64,000 nucleotides of DNA from Rhynchopus sp. YZ270_cl-10 (GCA_964035575.1 OZ037835.1:1426001-1490000); one strand, 5' to 3'; shown: positions 36,541-48,430, numbered from the stretch's first letter. The notes: generated from the letters alone by a model not told the origin. Translations and numbers: made by a program.

Positions 36541-37467
36541 ATATACTATACTACGGTATCCTTTTTGTACGAGTATGCAATATGTCTGGAAATTAAAGAC
36601 GCTTTCGTTCTTCGGTTGCCATGAGTCTTACCGTTTTCCCCTCCCCCCCTTTTGTGCTCCACCTCTCCCCCGTACTTCATGATGCGATCAACAAGCAACG
36701 AACAATGAACAAATAATGAAGGGCGGGTATTGCATTTTTGTTTTATTTTTGGGGTGGTGAGTTTTCTCCGTTGCTGAACAGTGTCTGTACACTCCCCAAC
36801 GCATACCTGTGTCGGGAAGCGAGTGGGACAGTAGGGGTGTAGGAGAACTTATTGTGAAGCCTTCACAGCGAGACTTCCCGATGAGGGTAGGAAAGTCCTG
36901 GATTATTCTATTCCAACAAGGAAGGGAACCATGCTGCAGGCGTGCCTGCCCCTTTCCTCCTCTCGGGCGGCGGTAGAACAGGGTTGTTTTGATCACTGTG
37001 CGTATTGCGTTTTTGGGGAGTGCTTGGTTCGCTCAATCGGTTCGGATGGACAGGGCCAGTAGGGTTTTTGTACCCTTTAGAGAAGACGCATGGATGTGTG
37101 CTCGGTCCTCCCCCGCAGAAGCGTGCGGCGGGTACCATGTTCACAGGTTTTCTCGCTTTTCCCACTATTCCCCTTTCCCCCCCTTATACTGCATAGTATG
37201 CTGATATTACGCATCGGTCCCTTTGGGCCATGCTGCGGTCAGCGGAAAAGGACAGTGGTAGATTAGTGAAGACAAACTAAGTGGCAAAATGGTGGTATAG
37301 TTTTTTCTGCAAACCCCAAAAGACTGAAACCCCATGTCCTGAACTATGGTTGAGCTGGGCCATGTGGGGGAAGCGGAAATAGATACCACGACGAGTCTCA
37401 TGCACCCTGCTACGTGTCCTCCCACCATATCACCACACACCACCACACAGCCCCACCCCTCCCCTTG

Positions 37468-39594
37468 ATGAGTCGTCATCGATATCAGACGCTGTTTGTG
37501 TTGCTATTGCGTACAGCGTGTGCCCATATCACTCCACTGAGCGGCTGCACAGACTCCGGGTGCTGGCTGAAGTGCGGTGACTATGGTTCCGGTGCCGATC
37601 AGAATGTCTACTTCCTGTACTCTGCCGAGGGGTCGCCACTGGCAAAGGAGATCAACGGCGGTGAGGCCGAGAATGTGTTTGTGTGGAAGCTTGGGATACC
37701 GGAAGGGGGCAGTCTTGTGGATGGGTGGACGCTGACACCGGACGGCACCTTCGTGACTGCGTTGAACAGCAGTGTTGACTTCACGTACACACATCTGCAA
37801 CGTCTTAGCGCTGCACCCGCTGTGACGCAGATGCCTGACGACTTCTCTGCAGTCGGGAATTTGGACAACATGAACTTCATATCTGTGGCCGCGTCGTCAA
37901 CCTTCGTATGGGTGGGTGTTCCTCCGCGATACCTGGGCTCGGTCAACCTGTCGCTATGGTTCACAGACATCACGGCTGTGCACGCCCTGCAGTCGATGTT
38001 CCTCGTGGAGGTCGTTAAAAATGACAGCTGGACTGCAGTCTCGTGTCTCCTCCATATTAAGAACCCCGGCAGTGACACACGGCAGTATATGTGTGAACAA
38101 ATACTCCCCGACTTGCACAACCCCGTGAAGGTGCTTACACACGCAGACAGCTTCGCGGTGCTCTACCCAGACGGGACAGTGCAGGCAAGCAGCGTCGGAG
38201 CTCTCTCCTCGGTGTCGGACCTCTTCGTCGTGGACGGCGTCTACTACGCGCTCGTGAACAACACAATACAGACCTGGGGTGCGCTGTCCTCCGAAACCAC
38301 GCCGGTTGTGCCGTCACACCCGTTCAACTTTGTGCCGTACTTCGGGAACACGATCTTCTATGCGAATGCGGAGGGTGGGGTGGTTTTGAACAGGGACAGC
38401 ACAGTGTCGGTGTGGGGCGACGGCTCGCACAGCACGGTGCAGACACGCTTCGCAGATGTGGAGAATGTGTACGTGAACTCGGGTGCGTTTGTGCTGCTGC
38501 ACTCCGACATGACGGTGACTGCGTGGGGGAAGGCGAGCTGTGGCGGGGACTCGTCGAGTGTGGATCATCTGTTTGGGTCTGTCGTAAGCCAGATTGCGAC
38601 ACACCCGGCAAGCCGTGCCTTTGCTGTCCTCAACGCAACAGGCCACATCATCACGTGGGGTGGTGGTGATGCATATGTCTTGAATGACTTGCAGCAATCA
38701 TGGACTTACTCGCGCATCATCGCTCTCCCAACAGGGTTCGTTGGCCAGAGGCTGGACGATGTTTTCTTCGGTGATGTCCCTTCAGAGATCGGCCCCTGTT
38801 TGTCGATACACGATACTCAGTCATGTGACACTGTCCGTTGCAAACATGGTTGGTGGAAGCCGAATCCTGCAGAGTTTGTGTGCGATGTGTCCTTTCCGTA
38901 CGATGACTGCACAGAGGCAACCTGCTGTGTGGCACCTGTAACAGCTGCACCAACACCAGAACCGACATCTGCACCTGATACGCAGGTTCCAACCACGTCG
39001 ACAGGTGGCAACCCGCAGACACTTCCCCTGACACTGCCGCCAGCAACAGCCACCCCCACAGCACCGCCGACAGCGCCTCCTTCAGAGCCGCCAACGCAGG
39101 TTCCGGGGACAGTGTCTCCACAGGATATAACAGAGTCACCTCCAACACTGTCACCCGTAACAGAGGCAACCGTAACAGGGATACCCAGCACGCCCACTCT
39201 GTCACCTGCAACAGTCTCACCCTCATCAGAGTTGCCTGGCACAGACGTGCCCACAACAGAGACACCACGAAACACAAGTACAACTACGCCACCACTGACA
39301 GGGACTCCTTCAGGGGACACTATCTCAGGTGGCACGGATTCTGCGTTCTCTGGCAGCACGGTTGTGGCAGTGCTTGTGACTGCAAGTGTGTTTGCCCTGT
39401 CGTGGCTGCTGTACTGCTGCTATCGTCGCTGTGTGTTGCAAGGCAGTGTGGGCGACAACGAGGATGGACTTGCGGAGGCAGACGGATACCTGGTTGAGAT
39501 GCAGCATGACAAGGAACCTTTGATTGAGATGACCTGTGAGCTCGGGATGTGTACACACGAGAACACTGTGCTGGAGAGAGACACGGCTAGATAG
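37468..39594 (+). CDS. Kinase-less paralogue, copy 5 (signal peptide, ectodomain, stalk, TM, short cytoplasmic tail)
   Basis: Ectodomain core is nearly identical to copies 1-4. The stop falls ~55 aa after the TM and no kinase sequence follows downstream. Confidence 0.8.
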   Translation: MSRHRYQTLFVLLLRTACAHITPLSGCTDSGCWLKCGDYGSGADQNVYFLYSAEGSPLAKEINGGEAENVFVWKLGIPEGGSLVDGWTLTPDGTFVTALNSSVDFTYTHLQRLSAAPAVTQMPDDFSAVGNLDNMNFISVAASSTFVWVGVPPRYLGSVNLSLWFTDITAVHALQSMFLVEVVKNDSWTAVSCLLHIKNPGSDTRQYMCEQILPDLHNPVKVLTHADSFAVLYPDGTVQASSVGALSSVSDLFVVDGVYYALVNNTIQTWGALSSETTPVVPSHPFNFVPYFGNTIFYANAEGGVVLNRDSTVSVWGDGSHSTVQTRFADVENVYVNSGAFVLLHSDMTVTAWGKASCGGDSSSVDHLFGSVVSQIATHPASRAFAVLNATGHIITWGGGDAYVLNDLQQSWTYSRIIALPTGFVGQRLDDVFFGDVPSEIGPCLSIHDTQSCDTVRCKHGWWKPNPAEFVCDVSFPYDDCTEATCCVAPVTAAPTPEPTSAPDTQVPTTSTGGNPQTLPLTLPPATATPTAPPTAPPSEPPTQVPGTVSPQDITESPPTLSPVTEATVTGIPSTPTLSPATVSPSSELPGTDVPTTETPRNTSTTTPPLTGTPSGDTISGGTDSAFSGSTVVAVLVTASVFALSWLLYCCYRRCVLQGSVGDNEDGLAEADGYLVEMQHDKEPLIEMTCELGMCTHENTVLERDTAR

Positions 39595-40780
39595 CAACAT
39601 TGGCGAGCACTGACAGCGGTGTGCAAATGACTGCACCCCGAGAGTAGAGCGAGCCGTGCGCGCTGTGGTGAGTCTGCTGCATGCCTGCAACTTGTCTTCT
39701 TCTGCAACGTCGAATCTGCTTGGGAGGCTTGTGAGGCCTTCCCGTGTGTCGCAGTTCACTGCGAAGCAAACCCCGAGGCAACCCTTTTCCTAGCGCGAGG
39801 TAGTGATTGCTGTGTGTCTTAACCCTCTCTGCCTGCCGTGGCATGTGTTCCGGTGGGCAGTGTTCACCCATTCAACCTCTCCCACACCCTCCCCCTTTTA
39901 TACCTCAGGGTGTGTATGTTATGTTTTGTTTCTTTGTCTCGGGTGCATGCAACGTGCCTACCCCAACTCTAAGTGTACAAATGTTGGACGAAAAGTCCGA
40001 ACTGGTCCAGAATTTCAAAAAGGTGCACTTGAGTACGGTATACATATTTCCGATTTTGGAGCTTTCCCAAAAGTCCGTGCTCAAGTACGCGCCACTTTCC
40101 TTTGGTACCTATATTGGATGGTTCAGCATTTGTAGTGTTATGCTTAATGAATAAGAATAGTTTAGTCCTGTGTGACTTGAAGTCTGGAACCCTTCGCACC
40201 TCGTGCCAAGAGTGAACAGGCTTCAGTGTGTGTGTTATGTACTTGCCTACTTGCAACGGATGGAGAAAGAAACCACATCTGCAATGCCGTGTTGTGGAGT
40301 ACTTCTTTCAGTGTTCGGTGCACTTACTGATGGTGTGTGCAGGGGACGTGCTGCCACAGCCGCCTGCACTATTGATACTATGAGTACGCCCCGTTGTTTA
40401 TTGTTGATGCCTTCATGGCTTTTGTTGAAAACTTTGTTACGTGACACAAAAAAACAGTGTCGTGGTGCCCCCTACACACCCCCCTTCCTTTTCGGGCATA
40501 TGTCTCAGTTCTGTACTTCAGGCAAAAGGGGCTGTTTCACTAGCATCCGTTGCAGGTGACCTGTAATTACCCCACGGCACCTCTTTTACCCATGGACGAA
40601 GGTTCTGCCACTTGCGTGCATTTGTGTAGGTAAAAACCATATCTGGGCCGTCACATACCTGGACCGTACACACGGTATACGTAACATCACATCCTCCCCA
40701 CCCACATCAGCAGGTATACATGGGTTGGGCCTTCCTCCCACAAACAACGCTGCTGCAGCAGAACAATGCGAAGGCATATC

Positions 40781-43700
40781 ATGTACGCCGCAGCCTTCTT
40801 GTTGCTGCTTGTGAGTGAAGTGGTGTCGCAGCCGACTGAGCTGCCGTGTGATCGGGCCATTAAGACTATTGTCCAGTTCGCAGACAAGGATAGCATTCAG
40901 CTCCCCGTGCCACCAACTAGTGTGACACTGTTTGGGGGGTATCATTCAGGTTGACTTGGACGTTATTATCAATACATACACCAATTACGGGCGTTTTGTT
41001 GAGTTTGCGAACGGCATCAGCGACGATAATTTTATTATTGGACAGTTCAAAACCACAGGGCATCTGTATGTCAGCAGCACTTGGGGAGAACCGAAGTTAC
41101 GTGTGTTCTACAACAAAACACTGCCGTTGGGAGAGACGTTTCATGTTCGGGTCATTTGCGTGCCCTTTGACGATGCGACATCAACCTACTACGTGTACAT
41201 CAACGACGTATTTGTCACAGAGGGGGTAAGTGAGGCACTCAGATACGTAACTCGTTCGATTTTCTTGATTGGCGAAAGCAGCTACGGAACCGTCGCCTCA
41301 ATTCCCCACATACCCCTCGACGGCAGTGTCACGAACTGTGTCATGTTAATGTGTCCTGGGGATACACCTGCCCCGCCAACTGCTATTCCAACTGCTGAAC
41401 ACACAGACATCCCAACAGCAGTGCCAACAGCTGAACCGACTGCTACTCCTACTGGACCAACCGACATTCCAACTGCAGTGCCCGATACGATTCCAACTGA
41501 AATACCGTGCACTCGGGATGTGGTGACTGTGGTTAATTTCACAGACAAGGATAACATTCAGCTCCCCGTGCCGCCAACTAAGAATACACTTTTTGGGGGT
41601 ATCATTCAGGTTGACTTGGACGTTATTATCAATACATACACCAATTACGGGCGTTTTGTTGAGTTTGCGAACGGCATCAACAACGATAATTTTATTATTG
41701 GACAGTTCCAAACCACAGGGCATCTGTATGTCAGCAGCACTTGGGGAGAACCGAAGTTACGTGTGTTCTACGACAAAACACTGCCGTTGGGGGAGACGTT
41801 TCATGTTCGGGTCATTTGCGTGCCCATTGACGACGAGACATCAACCTACTACGTGTATATCAACGACGTATTTGTCACAGAGGGGGTCAGTGAGGCACTC
41901 AGATACGTAACTCGTTCGCTTTTCTTGATTGGCGAAAGCAGCTACGGAACCGTCGCCTCAATACCCCACATACCCCTCGACGGCAGTGTCACGAACTGTG
42001 TCATGTTAATGTGTCCTGGGGATACACCTGCCCCGCCAACTGCTATTCCAACTGCTTAACACACAGACATCCCAACAGCAGTGCCAACAGCTGAACCGAC
42101 TGCTACTCCTACTGGACCAACCGACATTCCAACTGCAGTGCCCGATACGATTCCAACTGAAATGCCGTGCACTCGGGATGTGGTGACTGTGGTTAATTTC
42201 ACAGACAAGGATAACATTCAGCTGCCGCCAACTAGTGTGACACTGTTTGGGGGTATCATTCAGGTTGACTTGGACGTTATTATCAATACATACACCAATT
42301 ACGGGCGTTTTGTTGAGTTTGCGAACGGCATCAGCGACGACAATTTTATTATTGGACAGTTCCAAACCACAGGGCATCTGTATGTCAGCAGCACTTGGGG
42401 AGAACCGAAGTTACGTGTGTTCTACAACAAAACACTGCCGTTGGGGGAGATGTTTCATGTTCGGGTCATTTGCGTGCCCATTGACGACGAGACATCAACC
42501 TACTACGTGTACATCAACGACGTATTTGTCACAGAGGGGGTCAGTGAGGCACTCAGATACGTAACTCGTTCGCTTTTCTTGATTGGCGAAAGCAGCTACG
42601 GAACCGTCGCCTCAATACCCCACATACCCCTCGACGGCAGTGTCACGAACTGTGTCATGTTAATGTGTCCTGGGGATACACCTGCCCCGCCAACTGCTAT
42701 TCCAACTGCTATTCCAACTGCTGAACACGCAGACATCCCAACAGCAGTGCCAACAGCTGAACCGACTGCTACTCCTACTGGACCAACAGACATTCCAACT
42801 GCAGTGCCCGATACGATTCCAACTGAAATGCCGTGCACTCGGGATGTGGTGACTGTGGTTAATTTCACAGACAAGGATAGCATTCAGCTCCCCGTGCCGC
42901 CAACTAAGAATACACTTTTTGGGGGTATCATTCAGGTTGACTTGGACGTTATTATCAATACATACACCAATTACGGGCGTTTTGTTGAGTTTGCGAACGG
43001 CATCAGCGACGATAATTTTATTATTGGACAGTTCAAAACCACAGGGTATCTGTACGTCAGCAGCACTTGGGGAGAACCGAAGTTACGTGTGTTCTACAAC
43101 AAAACACTGCCGTTGGGAGAGACGTTTCATGTTCGGGTCATTTGCGTGCCCTTTGACGATGCGACATCAGCCTACTACGTGTACATCAACGACGTATTTG
43201 TCATAGAGGGAGTCAGTGAGGCACTCAGATACGTAACTCGTTCGATTTTCTTGATTGGCGAAAGCAGCTACGGAACCGTCGCCTCAATTCCCCACATACC
43301 CCTCGACGGCAGTGTCACGAACTGTGTCATGTTAATGTGTCCTGGGGATACACCTGCCCCGCCAACTGCTATTCCAACTGCTGAACACGCAGACATCCCA
43401 ACATCAGTGCCAACAGCTGAACCGACTGCTACTCCTACTGGACCAACCGACATTCCAACTGCAGTGCCCGATACGATTCCAACTGAAATGCCGTGCACTC
43501 GGGATGTGGTGACTGTGGTTAATTTCACAGACAAGGATAGCATTCAGCTCCCCGTGCCGCCAACTAACGAGACACTGTTTGGGGGTATCATTCAGGTTGA
43601 CTTGGACGTTATTATCAATGCATACACCAATTACGGGCGTTTTGTTGAGTTTGCGAACGGCATCAACAACAGCAATTTTATTATTGGACAGTTCAAAACC

Positions 43701-46433
43701 ACAGGGCATCTGTATGTCAGCAGCACTTGGGGAGAACCGAAGTTACGTGTGATCTACAACGAAACACTGCCGTTGGGGGAGATGTTTCATGTTCGGGTCA
43801 TTTGCGTGCCCATTGACGACGAGACATCAACCTACTACGTGTACATCAACGACGAATTTGTCACAGAGGGGGTCAGTGAGGCACTCCGATACGTAACTCG
43901 TTCACTTTTCGTGATAGGCGAAAGCAGCTGCACCACCGCCTACGTACCCCACATACCCCTCGACGGCAGTGTCACGAACTGTGTCATGTTAATGTGTCCT
44001 GGGGATACACCTGCCGCGCCAGCCTTCACACCACCCCTGACAGAGACTCCTTCAGGGGACACTATCACATCAGAGTCTCCTTCGGTGGAGAGCACAGACA
44101 CAACGATGCCACCTGCTGAGACAGCTGCAGGTGATACGGATTCTGCGTCCTCTGGAAGCACGGTTGTGGCAGTGCTTGTGATTGGAGGCCTTTGTATCAT
44201 GTCTGCGTTGGTTTACAGCTGCTATCGCCGCTGTATCTCGCAGCGGGACAGAATGGACAACGACGAGTATTGTGCGGAGATGCGTCTCATAAGCTCGGAC
44301 TCACAAGAGAACCCTGAGTTTGCTCCTGATGTTCTTTCCGACGGCATTCTGGCATCGGTGCAGAGCACTGGTGAGAGCGTTCCGGTGAGTCTTCCCTCGG
44401 GTCCGCGAGCCGAAGGCCCATCAGACCCTGTGTACGCGTCGTGGGTGAAGGACCGCGAGGTCGGCAGTGGTGCCTACGGTGTTGTGTACGTCGGACACCT
44501 GTCGGACGGGCGTGTGGTGGCGATGAAGGAGCAGACCTCTGCGACACGTGCAGATGCAGACGAGGCAGTTGCGAACCTGGAGCTGCTGCGCCGTCTGCGC
44601 CACCCACACCTGACGGAGATGTACGACGTGTGCTACGACGTGCCTGGACGGCGCATCTGCTGGCTCATGGAGTTCGTCTCGGGTGGGTCGCTTGGTGCAT
44701 ACGTGCGCAACCTTGGGCACAAGCTGGAGGAGGCGAAGGTGGTGTTCTACATGCGGCAGGTCCTGCAGGCAGTGAACTTCCTGCACATGAACAACGTTGT
44801 GCACCGTGACATCAAGGGCGAGAACATTCTCCTCACACGTGAGGGCACTGCGAAGCTCTGCGACTTTGACTCCATCAAATGCTGCGACAGCAACGGGAAC
44901 GTACATTATACAATTCACAACAAAGCCACTGAAAGCAGGGTCCGCACACAGATGATGAGCACACGGCACAACACCTTGATGGGAACACCGAACTGGATGG
45001 CACCCGAGATGCTTGGACAGCTGACTGGATTTGTGGAGGCGGGGCCTGCGTGCGACATCTTCAGCTTCGGGAGCACTGTGTCTGAGGTGCTGAACGAGGG
45101 TGTGCCTCCTGGGAACTTTGAGGGTGTGTGGGTGCATCTGGTCAAGACGATGCAGTTCCCGCCTGTGAACATGGTGCAGGACGTGTCGCCTGAGGCCACA
45201 AGCTTCCTGTGTGCGTGTCTGAAGCGTGACCCTGAGGAACGCCCCACAGCAGGAGAGCTTCTGGAGGACCCGTTCATGACACGTTGGACAGACGCCCACA
45301 TGACTGTGTCAGACACGACGTCCTGCCGACTGCTCACACCTCAACAGATGCAGACGAGACAAACAATGCGCCCACCCCTCGGGAAGGGTGCCTTCGGTGT
45401 GGTGTACAGGGCAACTGTGGACGGACGTGACGGACACGTTGCTGTGAAGGAAGTGCTGCTTGAGGTCTCACACACGAGCAAGGCACGAGAACGTGTGGAG
45501 CGTGAGTTTGTGCTGATGCGTGAGCTGCACCACCCACACATTGTGCCGTACCTCGGACACCTGTGGCGTGATGGGACGCGGCTCGAGATCTTTATGGAGT
45601 ACATGCCAGGTGGGTCTGTGCGCAACCTGCTGCGTGCACGCAGGAAGGGTCTAGACGCAGGCACGATCTGCGAGTACACGAAGCAGGTGCTTCTTGGGCT
45701 GGAGTACCTGCACAGGGGTGGGAACGGGTTTGCACCGATTGCACACCGTGACGTGAAGGCGGACAACCTGCTGCTGTCGATAGATGCGACAGTGAAGCTG
45801 TCTGACTTTGGATGCAGCAAGCTGTTTGAGTCGTCGTCTGAGGACGTGAGCTTTGGTGCTGCTGGTGCGCAGACGTGTGTGGGGACGCCGTTCTGGATGG
45901 CGCCAGAGGTGCTGCAGCAGCGCACGGAGCGCAGTGGGGACTACGGGACACGGTGCGACGTGTGGTCGCTGGGGTGCACGGTGATTGAGATGCTGGGTGT
46001 GACACCGTGGCGAGCGAACGCACGTGAGGGCGAGCACGAGGTTCTGATGCGCATTCTGACAAGCACAGGTGGCCCGCCGATACCTGCAGCTGCGCCGCCT
46101 GCACTCACAGCCTTCCTCGCACGCTGCTTTGTGTGCGACCCTGCCTTGCGCCCGTCTGCACAGACGCTCCTCGAAGACGCTTACATCACACTTGGTGCAG
46201 ACGAAGACGAGGCCACAGCAGACGTGGAGTGTGTGTGTGGTAAGAACCTTAGTTCTGATCACGTGCACCGCTTCTTTTATTCCAAAGAGTACCGTTGTTT
46301 TTCTACGTTTAGTTTCCGACTTATTTGTTCCCATTCGCCATTTATTTGTTCTTTCCCTCACAACCAACTACTGGTCCCAATGAATGACCCCCTTGAAGGT
46401 TCCCATTCGTCTATTTGGTTTATCTTTTGTTGA
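40781..46433 (+). pseudogene. Receptor-like tandem kinase, copy 6, with five LamG/ConA-like ectodomain repeats; disrupted as assembled
   Basis: Signal peptide MYAAAFLLLLVSEVVSQ, five ~660-bp repeats, TM and the same two kinases. Lesions: an extra G at 40934-40939, TAA at 42057-42059 (GAA in sister repeats), and an extra GT near 46235 that extends the C-terminus. Confidence 0.8.
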
Positions 46434-46957
46434 TCGCATCACTTTCATTAGCTTTTTGCTGCAAACCCCAGAAGACTTGAAAGCCCGCGCAACCGTATGC
46501 ACTGGACAATGTTGTAAATGGGCTATTCCTGGGCGAAAGGCGAAAGGGACACTGCGGCTGACGAAGGTGTAGGGACCGTGTTCTCCATTGCAGTGACTGC
46601 TTCTTCCTTTATGTTGACCTCCGTGTTCCTCATCACACACGGCCTCGGCTTCCTCCCGGTAGTTGTTGTGAAGAAACAAAGAGACGTGAAAGTTGTATTT
46701 TTGAGAGTGTACCAACGTTATTGAACGGTCAAACAGTAGACTGCCCCTAAACAAAAAAATTAGACCACATTTTACCACACCGACTCAAAAGATGAAATCT
46801 GTTTCTGGGACTCAGGAGGAATTTTTGAGCTCTGGACATGGGGGTAACACTCCGCTTTGGGGCACCTAACATGAGGTCAGAAAGACAATGAGGAAGGGGT
46901 GGGTTTTTGAATTTGTATCAGTCCTATTCGTGGTCCTTTACCCCCCCCCCCCCCTTA

Positions 46958-48143
46958 GGGGGTACGACTCCAGCCATTTTTTGCGCACGGAAAATTCATT
47001 TGGCATTATCTGGTCATCTCCAAGGCAACTGCGGGTGAAAAACACCCTCAGAGTGGGTCACAGGGGGCCTGTGGGTCGAAAAACGACCCAGAAGCCACCC
47101 CAGAATACAAAAAAATGGAAAAAAAATAGTGAAAAAACGGCTTTTTTCACGTTTTGGCCACTTTGGGCAAAATAGCGATTTTTCGAGAAAAATCAAAAAC
47201 CGGGATATTTTTTGACATCACAAAGCCTCCTTTGGCACAAATATACCCCAAAAGTGGCCTGTGAGTCCATTCCAACCTGTTTTGGACATATTTGACACTT
47301 TTGGAAGTGTTTTTTTGGTGTTTTTAGGTCAAAAAAATGCCCAAGACGTCCCCAAGACATCCCCAAGACACTTTGCACACCCCCTGTTACGGTCATATTT
47401 TTTTCGTTTTTTTGCCTGAAACCCCCAAAATACCCCTCCCGGACCCCACATAGTCCCGAATATCCATCACACACCCACTCAGAGTGAGTAGAAGCACCCC
47501 AAAAAAAATATTTTTTAAAGCCCTTCAACTTCAACATGGATGCTGCCGAAACTGAAGCACAATTTTAGGGCTTTAAAAAATATTTTTTTTGGGGTGCTTC
47601 TACTCACTCTGAGTGGGTGTGTGATGGATATTCGGGACTATGTGGGGTCCGGGAGGGGTATTTTGGGGGTTTCAGGCAAAAAAACGAAAAAAATATGACC
47701 GTAACAGGGGGTGTGCAAAGTGTCTTGGGGATGTCTTGGGGACGTCTTGGGCATTTTTTTTGACCTAAAAACACCAAAAAAACACTTCCAAAAGTGTCAA
47801 ATATGTCCAAAACAGGTTGGAATGGACTCACAGGCCACTTTTGGGGTATATTTGTGCCAAAGGAGGCTTTGTGATGTCAAAAAATATCCCGGTTTTTGAT
47901 TTTTCTCGAAAAATCGCTATTTTGCCCAAAGTGGCCAAAACGTGAAAAAAGCCGTTTTTTCACTATTTTTTTCCATTTTTTTGTATTCTGGGGTGGCTTC
48001 TGGGTCGTTTTTCGACCCACAGGCCCCCTGTGACCCACTCTGAGAGTGTTTTTCACCCGCAGTTGCCTTGGAGATGGCCAGATAATGCCAAATGAATTTT
48101 CCGTGCGTTTGGTCCCAGCCAAAATGGCTGGAGTCGTATCCCC
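46958..48143. mobile_element. Foldback element (~1.19 kb near-perfect palindrome) with TA TSD
   Basis: Termini ggggRtacgactccagccatttt, arms ~565 bp, centre ~47525-47567. An empty paralogous site is present at ~48937-49000. Confidence 0.9.
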
Positions 48144-48337
48144 TACCCCCCCCCCCCCCCTTCCTTTACCCCCCCCCCCCCTTATTTTACCCCCTTTTTC
48201 AGAAAAAAACGGTTCAGGCCAAAATAACATGGTCCTTTACCCCCCCCCCTTATAGTACCCTGTTGTGGCTGGTACTTTACCCCCCTGGGGGGGTAAAGTA
48301 CCAGCCACCAGGCAATTTTTGGGTAATTATCACCGCG

Positions 48338-48430
48338 ACACGCCAGGTGGTGTTTTGCCACGAGGGACCTAAACCCACGAGCGAAGCGAGGGGGTTTAGG
48401 TCCCTCGTGACAAAACACCACCTGGCGTGT
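48338..48430. repeat. Palindrome centred on the GCGAAGC mini-hairpin
   Basis: acacgccaggtggtgttttgccacgagggacctaaaccc-acgagcgaagcgagg-gggtttaggtccctcgtgacaaaacaccacctggcgtgt. Confidence 0.8.

Noticed and set aside
33543..36682. ~1000-aa (MVLWYYGT)n ORFs in three frames
   Set aside because: Artefact of a stop-free octamer satellite; no evidence of coding.
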